NCBI GenBank assembly: GCA_963707985.1
Contig: CAVPRW010000017.1
Coordinates: 224,001 to 288,000 of the forward strand
DNA: 64,000 bases
Direction of reading: 5' to 3'
Origin: an uncultured Nitrospinota bacterium
Lineage (GTDB): Bacteria; Tectomicrobia; Entotheonellia; J063; CAVPRW01
This document shows, piece by piece, positions 1 through 9,090 of the stretch. The position numbers and the translations under genes were made by a program. Under the pieces are notes generated by a model that was not told the DNA's origin, made no database searches, and was given only the letters and a program-made list of their open reading frames with translations. Each line of letters begins with the position of its first letter. Position 1 is the stretch's first letter.

Positions 1-87
1 GAGGAGGCCACGCGCCTGGTCGACTGATGCGGATGCTGTGTTACGCCCGCGACACCTCGCCCGGCAGCATTGCCAGCCCACGCTTCG

Positions 88-173
88 ATTTGTAAAAAAC
101 GTCCCCCACTGGCCCATGGACGGGCACGCGATAGCAGGCTGCCGAGAGGGCCGGGGGACACTTTTTACAAGAT
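88..173. repeat. Short MITE-like element with imperfect terminal inverted repeats
   Basis: ATTTGTAAAAAACGTCCCCC at 88-107 pairs with GGGGGACACTTTTTACAAGAT at 153-173; no ORF inside. Confidence 0.55.
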
Positions 174-193
174 GGGTATCGGTGAGCCCTGCC

Positions 194-282
194 GGTAGTG
201 GGTCAAGTTCATGTCAACAGTCCAGGTGTGGCCCATCTGATTGATCATAGACGCAATGTTAACTCCAAACTGACCCACTACC
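194..282. repeat. MITE-like inverted repeat element with GGTAGTG ends
   Basis: GGTAGTGGGTCA at 194 pairs with TGACCCACTACC ending at 282; same end type as the element at 38296; no target duplication visible. Confidence 0.55.
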
Positions 283-315
283 CAGATTCGACATCCCCCA
301 AGCTCTCCCTTCGCA

Positions 316-388
316 GTCTGACGCCAGGCATCACCTGCTGGCATGGAGCGCTAGCGGAATGCCAGTCAGCTATATGCCGTAGTGAGGT
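316..388 (-). mobile_element. attC-like integron cassette recombination site (degenerate)
   Basis: Minus strand reads ACCTCAC...CTGACTGGCATTCCGCTAGCGCTCCATGCCAGCAGGTGATGCCTGGC-GTCAGAC, an imperfect palindrome with R''/R'-like ends just downstream of the HAD stop. Confidence 0.6.
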
Positions 389-405
389 GCATGACCGCGC
401 GATCT

Positions 406-880
406 TCAACGTGGGGCCTTGACGAAATTCACCACATCCGTGAGGTCTCGCCCCATCGCATCCGGGGCAACCCCTAGCTCTTCCCCTGGGAGATTGAGGC
501 GATTGACCCAGAACGTGGGGTACTCAAACCACGTGGCCCCCGCCGCATCCCAACCCGCAAACGCCGCAAAGAGCATGTCCTCGCGCGTGAGCTTCAACGC
601 GTCGACGGCCATCTGATAGGCCCGAGGATCAGGTTTGTACGCGCGTATCTGATTCGAACGGCCTCGTGCGCCAGGCGTTGCTGAACTCGGCACCCTTCCC
701 CCGAAAGAGCGTCTCCGCGAGCCGAAAGACCGGTCGGGGATCAACGATCGGAAAGGCATCGAAGGCCATGGCCTTGAACGGTGGCTGTGCAACGGTCTGT
801 GCCATCAGAAGCGATCGCCAGACACGCGCTGCCACACCTCCAGCAGCAAGCATGAGGAATTCCCGTCGATCGAATGCCAT
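406..880 (-). pseudogene. Tat-exported haloacid dehalogenase type II (HAD) family hydrolase, internally deleted and frameshifted
   Basis: N-terminal DRREFL Tat motif and AFDAFPI motif I in ORF 629..880; C-terminal YKPDPRAY...GWDAAGA in ORF 406..792; the central part is missing at the ~650 junction. Confidence 0.7.
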
Positions 881-984
881 GGCAGCGTCCTTCGAATGGG
901 TTGAGTCAGCGAACGCGTTGACACCTCACGGTCGCGCGCCGTTGCCCATGGAGCGAAGCGCCGTGCGTCAACTGCACCACGGTA

Positions 985-1485
985 CTAGTTGGCCCCGTGC
1001 TTCTGGGCCGCCTGTCGTCCTCGGCGTGGCGTTCGCCTCAGTGGTGGCGCCAGCATCGTCCCGCGACAGGTGGCGGCACCGCACCGACAGGCATACCGCC
1101 TTTCCCACTCGGCTGCAGGCCACCTCCCACGCTCTAGTTGGTAATCAAAGGTCAATTCTTCGCCCGCCGCGATCGTGCGCAAGGCTTCAAGATACACCCG
1201 CCTCTGCTCGATCACCGCTTCGCAGTTCGGTTCGCACGAGTGATTGACATAGCGCGCCTCATTGCCCCCCACCCCCGCATCAATGACCGTCCGTCGATCC
1301 ACGGTGAACAAGAGGACGTGCGGCTGCTCACGGCGGTCATCGTCATACCGTGCATCGGCTGCAGACGGGGTGAGCCGCTCGCCGGTATATTCAATAATCC
1401 GCGTCCCTTTGCGGATGCGCCGGGTCGCAAAGACGCCGCGCCCGTGAATGGGGGAAGCCCGAATGTCAAAGCAAGGTGTGCGCAT
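985..1485 (-). CDS. SET domain protein-lysine methyltransferase with post-SET Cys motif
   Basis: SPIHGRGVFA, IEYTGE, ARYVNHSCEPN, GEELTFDY, CRCGAATCRG; GGGAG RBS. Confidence 0.9.
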   Translation of the reverse strand: MRTPCFDIRASPIHGRGVFATRRIRKGTRIIEYTGERLTPSAADARYDDDRREQPHVLLFTVDRRTVIDAGVGGNEARYVNHSCEPNCEAVIEQRRVYLEALRTIAAGEELTFDYQLERGRWPAAEWERRYACRCGAATCRGTMLAPPLRRTPRRGRQAAQKHGAN

Positions 1486-1494
1486 ACTCCCAGC

Positions 1495-2051
1495 TCTTGG
1501 TGGTGGACGTCGGCGGCTGGCATCGCGCCAAATCCTCGGTCCGGGTAGTCATAGGTTGCTGTCGCGTCCGACAGAAAGACGACCCGGTAGTTGCGAAACA
1601 TCGCGTCCCGTGCTGTTGCGTGGCAGCAATTCTCGGTGGTCGTCCCCGAGATGATGACGGTATCGACACCCCACTCGCGCAGGATAATGTCCAGGTCCGT
1701 GCCAAAAAAGCCGCTGTAGCGATGCTTCTTGATGACATGCTCACCGGGTGCCGGCGCCAACTCAGGGTAGATGTCCACCCCCGGTGTGCCATCGACTAAC
1801 GCCGCACGATTGGCGATCGGCGGATGCATGTCATCAAAGAGTCCCATATCGCACCCGTCACGGCGGTGCACATGCGCCGTATAGATGACTTTGATTTGGG
1901 CATCGCGGCAGATATTCAGCGCTTCGGCGAGCTTGGGCACCACTGCACGTGCCGCAGGCGTTTCCATCGCAGCGCCCGCAGCCACGAAGTCGTTTTGCAT
2001 ATCGACCACGATCATGGCGGTCTTCTTCGCGTCAATCACGTCAATCTGCAT
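1495..2051 (-). pseudogene. Isochorismatase-family cysteine hydrolase, apparently 3'-truncated
   Basis: VVDMQNDF, KHRYSGF, GTTTENCCHATARDA motifs; homology ends at DVHH (~1497) and the frame reads on out of frame through the SET gene to 1212. Confidence 0.7.
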
Positions 2052-2149
2052 GACTTACCTCCGCGTATAAGCAATTCAGACGTTATTTTGCCAATGACCA
2101 CTGTTGCTTCAGCCGGGGCATACCTCCTGTCCACTCCGGTGGAACCTGG

Positions 2150-2282
2150 GCCTAGACATCAGGACTTCCGATGAGTAGCCTGACCTCCGGGTCCGCTGCG
2201 GGTTAGCCTGTTGAGGACCAGAGCCCTCTCAGGTCGACACCTGAACCACACAACCTCGGAGGTCAGCCGTGAATCAGTCTCG
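2150..2282 (+). mobile_element. Probable IS110-family left non-coding end plus the first codons of a transposase (remnant)
   Basis: Inverted repeat CTGACCTCCG (2180) / CGGAGGTCAG (2256) containing a GGAGG RBS, followed by GTG AAT CAG TCT; stops abruptly at the attC edge; family call is recall-based inference. Confidence 0.4.
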
Positions 2283-2358
2283 CGCCAGCCTTCAGCGGCT
2301 GCCGGAAGCGGGAGCAACGCGGCGGCTGGAGGCCGTCAGCTGCAAGGCGTGGTTCGGT
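2277..2358 (-). mobile_element. attC-like site downstream of the N-acetyltransferase cassette
   Basis: Minus strand ACCGAAC CACGCCTTGCAGCTGACGGCCTCCAGCC...GCTCCCGCTTCCGGCAGCCGCTGAAGGCTGGC GCGAGAC; similar to the site at 3292-3379; R' degenerate. Confidence 0.6.
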
Positions 2359-3262
2359 TCCGGTGCTCGGAGCTAGGGAACCCTAGTCCGGGTGATCCAA
2401 CGGCAGCCGCCTGTGCGGTCCGGGACCATGGCGGTGGCGGAGTCGGCGTATCCAGGGGGAGCTGGTGGACGATCTCCTCGTGCATCCCCAACTCGTCGAT
2501 GAAGACCCGCAGGCGATCCTCCCCTCCTAGGGGGGTGTGGCTCACGCCTCCTACACTGTCGAACGCGACACGCTGGCCATGGGCCACCCCCACCATGGTC
2601 TCCCCGCGAATGGCGCGCGCATAGACCTCATAGTTGAACGGACTCCAGGCCCGCGATTGTTCATGGCGTTCCCGGAAGGTCTCCCGGCTGACGTGCAGGT
2701 ACTGAAGGCGACAATCCAGCCCCTCAGGCTGATGTAACGGACGCCATCGGATACACCAGGTGCCGTCACGCTTGGTGCAGTGGACGCCCCACACCGGATG
2801 CGCGACGCCGGTGGGCGCGGACTCGTGGAGTGGCAGCGGGGCGCTGTGTAAGATCGAGGCATCGACCATATAGCAGGTCTCGTCACAGGTGACCAGCACC
2901 GTGCCGTGCGTCGGTGGCGCCTCAGGGGCCGCGTGCATGGTGCCCATGCCCCGTGTGGCACCAAAGCCCAGCGACACGAGCACGGCATGCAGGGCTCCAT
3001 TGCCGGCCCAGCAGGTGCCCCCGGTCCCATAGGTGAGCCAGGCTTCGAGGAACTCCGAGGGGTTATCTCCCGGCAGCGGGCCAGGGGCATGGCTATGGAG
3101 ATGGATCAGCTTCCGCACATTATCAAAGGGCACCTTCCGGCACCACGCCGCGTAGAGCGTCTGCAGCCCGTCAAAGGTCGGGGCCGGACGCTCGGCCAAC
3201 CCCAACCGGCTCAGGACCCGCTCCAGCAAGTCCATCGACAGTTCTTCAGCTGATAACGACAT
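2336..3262 (-). CDS. Arylamine N-acetyltransferase family protein (probable gene cassette)
   Basis: VPFDN and GGTC catalytic Cys, plus H and VD triad motifs; bracketed by attC-like sites with a GGGAGG RBS right after R'. Confidence 0.8.
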   Translation of the reverse strand: MSLSAEELSMDLLERVLSRLGLAERPAPTFDGLQTLYAAWCRKVPFDNVRKLIHLHSHAPGPLPGDNPSEFLEAWLTYGTGGTCWAGNGALHAVLVSLGFGATRGMGTMHAAPEAPPTHGTVLVTCDETCYMVDASILHSAPLPLHESAPTGVAHPVWGVHCTKRDGTWCIRWRPLHQPEGLDCRLQYLHVSRETFRERHEQSRAWSPFNYEVYARAIRGETMVGVAHGQRVAFDSVGGVSHTPLGGEDRLRVFIDELGMHEEIVHQLPLDTPTPPPPWSRTAQAAAVGSPGLGFPSSEHRNRTTPCS

Positions 3263-3291
3263 GGTGTCCCTCCCACCAGTATAGAGAAGGT

Positions 3292-3379
3292 GCCTGACAC
3301 GAAAACTCAGCCGCTGCCGAGAGCCGGAGCGACGGAGGAGCGGACGCTGTCGGCAGTCGGTTGCGCGCCGACGTTAGAC
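3292..3379 (-). mobile_element. attC integron cassette site (best preserved)
   Basis: Minus strand GTCTAAC...CCGACTGCCGACAGCGTCCGCTCCTCCGTCGCTCCGGCTCTCGGCAGCGGCTGAG...GTCAGGC; the upstream ORF stop TAA lies inside R'' GTCTAAC, as is typical of cassettes. Confidence 0.75.
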
Positions 3380-3454
3380 ATTCCTTTTATCACCGAAGGC
3401 AGCTTTTTGAACAAACCGCGCTCGCAGCACCCGTTCGGCAATGTGCTTGGCATC

Positions 3455-3697
3455 AGAAGTGGGACTGATATGCAGCACCCGTGCTCTATCAGGAATACCA
3501 CTGCCGTTCATCGCCATATCAATAATCTGCTGTTTCACTTCGCGTAATCGTCCCTTGTAAACATAGGTTGTCAGAAACGTTTGCTGAGCACAATCAGGAT
3601 TTCGACAAAACCATCGTTGTTTTCCATTCGAGGTTTTTCCATGTTTCACCACATCCGTACTGTGACAAGTCGGACAATGCCTGGGTGTGAGCACCAT
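3455..3697 (-). mobile_element. IS1-family InsA-like transposase fragment (zinc ribbon + HTH), truncated
   Basis: CPTCHSTDVVKHGKTSNGKQRWFCRNPDC and IIDMAMNGSGIxDxARVLHISPT; no InsB catalytic portion. Confidence 0.8.
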
Positions 3698-3843
3698 CAG
3701 TGGCGTGCCTCAAATTGCCGTCACCAGCTTGTACGGGACATCAACGGGGTTGCCCCCTCCGATCGGAGGGGGAAGATGCCATAGGGATAAGCATAGGCTC
3801 ATTGTCCAAGAGGTTCAACAAATCTAGTACACTACCCACTCCG

Positions 3844-4515
3844 CTAGGCAGGAAAGATGCGTCGATACACGCCCGGCGATCCCGCTTCATGTACCATATG
3901 CGGTCGAATCTCACGGTTCCACACTGGGGTGACGGCCGTGCGCCAATCATCCCACGCCTGGCTCTTGGGGACGTCGAGCGATGCCATTTCATGCACTGTG
4001 GTGTATTTGGGCAACCCCATCACGGCTTCGAATCGTCGCGCCCGGATGTAACCCGGAATGCCCTGGCACAGGGGTAATCGCTCGTGGTTGTATGCAGCAT
4101 TGAACTTCGCATCCAAATGCGCTGGGACGGACATGCGTCCGACGAGGAGCACCGGCGACATTTCTGCCTCGGCAGTCTCCGCCGGGAGGTCCTGCGGGTA
4201 GATGCGTCGGTACAGGTTTCGAATGTACGATGTGCCAATGACACTCGGCGACATCCGCTGGGACCAGGTGGTGGGATGTTTCAACCACTGCTGCCAGGCC
4301 TCCGAATACCAGGCATCCGCCGACTCCAGCTCGTAACAGGCTAAATAGGCGGGCCCACCCTCCACGGCTCGATAACGAGCGGCGTTCAATACGCCTGGAA
4401 TCGCCGATCGTTCGGGGATGTGCTCTTCATTGTACCAGCGATTGAACTCGTCGTCGTGCTCGGCAGCCACATCACAATACACCATGAGCAGGCCATTCCC
4501 CTTCTTCACTGCCAT
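3844..4515 (-). CDS. Tandem dimeric alpha-beta barrel (EthD/DUF4286-like) protein
   Basis: Two internal repeats: EFNRWYNEEHIPER..IPGVLNAARY and KFNAAYNHERLPLC..IPGYIRARRF. Confidence 0.7.
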   Translation of the reverse strand: MAVKKGNGLLMVYCDVAAEHDDEFNRWYNEEHIPERSAIPGVLNAARYRAVEGGPAYLACYELESADAWYSEAWQQWLKHPTTWSQRMSPSVIGTSYIRNLYRRIYPQDLPAETAEAEMSPVLLVGRMSVPAHLDAKFNAAYNHERLPLCQGIPGYIRARRFEAVMGLPKYTTVHEMASLDVPKSQAWDDWRTAVTPVWNREIRPHMVHEAGSPGVYRRIFPA

Positions 4516-4713
4516 GTCATCTCCCCTTCGCGTTGCCGCTATTGACAGTCACCAGTCCACAACCGACCACAGCTGGAGAGGCGAGGCGCCTCATCTGAAT
4601 TTTTCTGACGCATCAAATGAGAAAATATCATTTGTTCACACCAAAACACCGCCCTATAATTTACGCTATTTGCTCTAGAGTGTCGCATCATATGCACGGG
4701 AGGAGTATCTGCT

Positions 4714-5217
4714 ATGGAGGAGATCAGGCTGCGTGACGCCATGCCGACGGATGTGGCGAGCATCTGCGCCATTCACAATCAGGGCATCGAGGATCGAGTG
4801 GCCACGTTGGATGTTGACCCCCATACACTCGCGGAACAGATGGAGTGGTTCCACCGTCATGACCCCCGTCATCCCGTCATCGTCGCTGAATCGATCGGCG
4901 GCATCATCGGCTGGGCCTCACTCAACCAGTTCTCGGCGCGTCCGGCGTACCGATTCGTGGCGGATCTGTCGGTGTACATCGACAGGCAGTGGCGAGGCAA
5001 AGGGGTTGGCACGCGACTTCTCGGTGAAATCGAAACCCGCGCCCACATCCTAGGGTACCATAAGATCGTTCTGGCGGCATTTCCATTCAATCAAGCTGGC
5101 ATGCGACTCTATGAGCACTTTGGCTTTCGCACTGTGGGCATCTATCATGAACAGGGACTTGTCGACGGACGTTGGATCGACACCATCATCATGGAAAAGT
5201 TGCTGCCGACGAGCTAG
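4714..5217 (+). CDS. GNAT N-acetyltransferase, phosphinothricin/arsinothricin (ArsN1-like) type
   Basis: IHNQGIEDRVAT, ADLSVY, RGKGVG acetyl-CoA motif, GFRTVG, WIDTIIMEK. Confidence 0.85.
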   Translation: MEEIRLRDAMPTDVASICAIHNQGIEDRVATLDVDPHTLAEQMEWFHRHDPRHPVIVAESIGGIIGWASLNQFSARPAYRFVADLSVYIDRQWRGKGVGTRLLGEIETRAHILGYHKIVLAAFPFNQAGMRLYEHFGFRTVGIYHEQGLVDGRWIDTIIMEKLLPTS

Positions 5218-5243
5218 CCTGAAATCCTTGGTTCCTCCCAGAC

Positions 5244-6995
5244 TCAGCACTCTTTCATCAGGGCGGGTTCCACGCCGGACATCTGCAGGGTATGAAGACG
5301 GTTATACAATCCCTTGTGTGCCAAAAGATCCTCATGTGTTCCCATCTCAGCGATCTGCCCGCCATCCACGACCACGATGCGATCAGCCTTCATCACCGTT
5401 GCCAGGCGATGCGCGATGACCAACACGGTCCGCCCTTCCACCAGATTGGTCAAGGCCTTCTGGAAGATAAATTCCGATTCGGCGTCGAGCTCTGAGGTCG
5501 CCTCGTCAAGGATCAAGATGGGTGGGTCTTTCAGCAGTGCCCGGGCAATGGCAATGCGTTGGCGCTGACCACCAGAGAGTTTGACACCGCGCTCACCGAT
5601 GATGGTATCGTAGGCTTGGGGTAACTCCTGGATGAACTCATGGGCGTACGCCAGTTGCGCGGCATGTGCGATGTCATCGAGGCTGGCGCCAGGCTTGCCA
5701 TAGCCGATGTTGTGCGCGACGGTGTCGTTGAACAGGATGGTTTCCTGGGTGACGATACCGATGTGGCCACGCAATGAGGCCAGCGTATAGTCGCGAATAT
5801 CCACCCCATCGATGCTGATCCGGCCACTGGTGACATCATGAAAGCGCGGGATCAGGTCCGCCAAAGTCGATTTCCCGGCGCCGCTCATCCCTACGAAGGC
5901 CACCATCTCCCCTTTGTTCACAACTAGACAGATGTCGTGTAGCACCGTCCCCGCTCCACCTTCATACTGAAAGGATACATGCTCGAAGGCGATGGTTTCC
6001 CGCAGTGCGTGCAATGGCCTCGCCTGCGGTCGGTCCACCACCGTCTGTTCAAGGTCCAGGAGCTCGAAGACACGCTCTGCCGCCGGAACCGATTGTTGTA
6101 TCTGGTTGCTCGTGTTGCTAAGCTTGCGTACGGGACCATAAAGCATCATCAGCCCCGTCAGAAATGAAAAAAACGTTCCCGCCGTAGTCTGTCCTTGGAT
6201 CACCTGATAGCCACCGTACCACAGCGCCGCCCCGATCCCCAGTGCGCCGATGAACTCCATGAGCGGGGAGGTGAGCTCATGCACATGCACATCCCGCATG
6301 ATCAGTTGGTACAGCCTGCGGTTCGCCTGTTTGAAGCGCTCGCGCTCGTGGGCCTCGCGCCCAAAGGCCTTCATGATCTTTGTCCCGGTGAGCGTTTCCT
6401 GGGCGACGACGCTCAACTCGGCGATGTTTTCTTGCCCGCGTTTATTGATGGCCCGGAGCTTTTTCCCGATTCTGACCAACGCTAGAGCGATCAGTGGAAA
6501 GATGATGAGCGCAATCGTGGCCAGGCGCCACTCCCGCACAAACACCACCACCAGGAGCATGATCAGAGTGAACACCTCGCGGATGGCCAAAGCCGGGTCC
6601 TGGGAGGACATTCGGCTGAGGCGGCCGACGTCATGGGTGAGGCGGGACAGTAGCTCGGCGGAAGCGCGGTTGTTGAAGAAACTCTGCGACATGCCCTGCA
6701 AGTGCTCGTACACTTCCTCGCGCAAGCGCATCACCACCTGCTGGCCCACCTGAGCCATAAGGTAGGCCTGACCATAGCGTGCGCTGCCCTTGACCGCGTA
6801 CACCCCGATCAAGGCGATCGGGAGGATCTTCAGCATGAACAGGTCTTTCTTGAGAAAGACATCATCCAGCACCGGCTTGACAAGCCATGCGGTCATGGCT
6901 TCGAGCCCGGAGATCACCAGAGCCAATCCCATCGCCGCAACAATGCGAGCCCAGTACACCTTGACGTATGGCAACAACCGGCGATAGACCTTCAT
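5244..6995 (-). CDS. msbA: Lipid A/core export ABC transporter permease-ATPase
   Basis: 6-TM domain + GMSGAGKS Walker A, LSGGQRQR, ILILDEAT; last gene of the LPS operon; ATGA overlap with the upstream gene. Confidence 0.85.
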   Translation of the reverse strand: MKVYRRLLPYVKVYWARIVAAMGLALVISGLEAMTAWLVKPVLDDVFLKKDLFMLKILPIALIGVYAVKGSARYGQAYLMAQVGQQVVMRLREEVYEHLQGMSQSFFNNRASAELLSRLTHDVGRLSRMSSQDPALAIREVFTLIMLLVVVFVREWRLATIALIIFPLIALALVRIGKKLRAINKRGQENIAELSVVAQETLTGTKIMKAFGREAHERERFKQANRRLYQLIMRDVHVHELTSPLMEFIGALGIGAALWYGGYQVIQGQTTAGTFFSFLTGLMMLYGPVRKLSNTSNQIQQSVPAAERVFELLDLEQTVVDRPQARPLHALRETIAFEHVSFQYEGGAGTVLHDICLVVNKGEMVAFVGMSGAGKSTLADLIPRFHDVTSGRISIDGVDIRDYTLASLRGHIGIVTQETILFNDTVAHNIGYGKPGASLDDIAHAAQLAYAHEFIQELPQAYDTIIGERGVKLSGGQRQRIAIARALLKDPPILILDEATSELDAESEFIFQKALTNLVEGRTVLVIAHRLATVMKADRIVVVDGGQIAEMGTHEDLLAHKGLYNRLHTLQMSGVEPALMKEC

Positions 6996-7825
6996 GCCTG
7001 GGGTACTCCTTTCGTCCCGTCTGTTTTTTCCAGAAGGACGACCCACTTGTCTGAAAAGATCGACAGGCCTTGCCGGGGTGAGAAGATGCCAACCACCCGG
7101 AGGCCAGCCTCAGCAGCCTCACCTCGCAGACTCCCCCGTGACCACACCTCCCCCATACGGCGGGCTACTCCCACGCCATGGCAGAGCCTCCGAAAGCACC
7201 AGTGCACATTGTAGCAGTGGCGAAGGTCCACGATGAGCCACCGCCGACTGACCCGCGCCATCTCCTGCAGAATGCGAATGCGCACCTCGCGGGGTACATG
7301 GAACATAAAGCGAATGGAAAAGACGACGTCAAGCGATTGGCTCTTCAAGGGAATCGACTCGCCATCACATTGGACCAGTGCCAGAGGAACCCCGCCACCC
7401 TGACCGACGTCCTCTTTGCTCCACGCTGCTCGCATCATTTCAAGCGAGATGTCAGCCCCGACAAACCGCAGCTGTCGCTGCACCAACCACGGAAAGAGTC
7501 TCCCGGTTCCACACGGCAGGTCAAGACAACTACGGATGGGTGTCCCACGGGAGGCGGCTAGGTCGAAGGCACGCTGAATGGCTGCCAGTGTGAGACGATT
7601 GCGTTTCTGACCTCTCGTTGACAGGAAGCGCGAGGCGTCATAGGTTGTGGCAACGACGGCATTCCGATAACGGCGCTTCACATGCTCATAGCGACTTGGT
7701 ATCAACAAGCTGGTCTGACCTCCGTTGGCCTTTCGCTGGCTACTTTTCCACCGTCGAGTGCTGGCTCGTGATGTCTCATCACTTGCCCAGGGCTCGCGGT
7801 GCGATTGTTTTGGGGTCGCTCGCAT
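6992..7825 (-). CDS. Class I SAM-dependent methyltransferase (start uncertain)
   Basis: LDLPCGTGR motif I, GADISLEM, ILQEMARV. Confidence 0.8.
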   Translation of the reverse strand: MRATPKQSHREPWASDETSRASTRRWKSSQRKANGGQTSLLIPSRYEHVKRRYRNAVVATTYDASRFLSTRGQKRNRLTLAAIQRAFDLAASRGTPIRSCLDLPCGTGRLFPWLVQRQLRFVGADISLEMMRAAWSKEDVGQGGGVPLALVQCDGESIPLKSQSLDVVFSIRFMFHVPREVRIRILQEMARVSRRWLIVDLRHCYNVHWCFRRLCHGVGVARRMGEVWSRGSLRGEAAEAGLRVVGIFSPRQGLSIFSDKWVVLLEKTDGTKGVPQA

Positions 7826-8970
7826 CCAGGGGCTGGTTCGCCACCGCTTCGTATACCTGCAGTGTCTGCCTAAGCGCGCGCGACAGGGGGTAGTCGCTGG
7901 CCAGTTGCTGGGCCGCTTCCCCCATCATCCGACGCCGCTCCGATGACAGCAGGCGCTGCACGGCCTCGGCGACGCCTGCAGCGCTAGGTGCGTCCTCAAG
8001 GACGCACCCATGGACACCATCGCGCATCAGCTCCGTGGCTCCATTGACCGCCGTGGTCAGAACCGGGAGCCCACAGGCCATCGCTTCCAAACATGTATTG
8101 GCGAAGGGATCATAGAGCGTTGGCAGGACGAAGAGGTCGGCACCTGCATAGCAATGCTCGACGTCGGCACGCAGACCTTCAAAGTGTACCGCATCTGACA
8201 CGGCGACCTTGTGGGTCAGCCGCTGATAGGGTGCCAAACGTCCTTTGCCGATGACGACCAATCGGACGTTCGTGACGCCGCGTCGACGGAGCTCGCCCAT
8301 GGCTTCGACTACACAGGCCAGGCCTTTGCGATGGAAGCCTGAACCGGCAAATAGCAGCACCAGGTCAGCAGCGGAAACACCCCAAGCAGCGCGCTGCTTC
8401 TGCCGAAAGCGCTGACGCACGTTGGCGTGGAAGCGATCGGTGTCGACACCATTATAGATGGTCAGCATCCGCGTCTCTGAGACGCCGTAGTGACTGCCGA
8501 ATCTCTTCCTGGCCACGCTGAGAGTTCGTGATGATGATCGGCGTCTGACACAACACCCGACGCTCGAGTGCAAGCAACACCCGATCGAACAGACTGAGTC
8601 GCGACCAACCGCGGGCTAGTGCTGGAAGCGACCGGCGTTTACGCTGCAGCCATTCCCGATGGACGCCCTCCCCGGCTCGATAGATGTGCTGGCCGAGTGT
8701 CCGATCAAAGCTTTGTACGACCACCAGGTCGGCAAGTGGCAGGGCAGACCGCACGCGGAAGGCGAAGCTCAGTGGTCGGAAAGCCCGGGGGGCAGGAATG
8801 GCCGGCAAGGCGTGACAGGTCACACCCATAACCTGCTCGCGGGGCGGTGGCTGCTCGCAGAAGAGGTGCACGGCATGGCCCTGGGTCAGGAGCCCCGCAA
8901 TGAGATAACCGATTTGACGCTCGCCACCGCCTTGCAGGCGAAAGGAGCGTTTGACCAGGCCGATACGCAT
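7779..8970 (-). CDS. GT4 glycosyltransferase (WaaG/RfaG-like), split by a frameshift near 8500
   Basis: N-half MRIGLVKR..GGGER in ORF 8452..9051; C-half IYNGVD, GSGFHRKG, YDPFANTCLEAMACG in ORF 7779..8573. Confidence 0.8.
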
Positions 8971-9090
8971 CGGCGGAGTATGCCTTGCCAGCAAATTTTC
9001 GTAAGTATTGTCAACCTTTAAGGTACAGAAAGCGAAGGGAGTATACCACACTCACCGATGCTTTTCTAGCCGCCGCCTAGGTATATCTCC

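Noticed and set aside
915..972. Hairpin GTTGAC..GTCAAC between the SET and HAD genes as a fourth attC
   Set aside because: No recognisable R''/R' ends and no similarity to the other three sites
2085..2120. Tiny minus-strand ORF MPRLKQQWSLAK with a GGAGGT RBS before the isochorismatase
   Set aside because: More likely the stub of a deleted gene in a rearranged region; no regulatory structure evident
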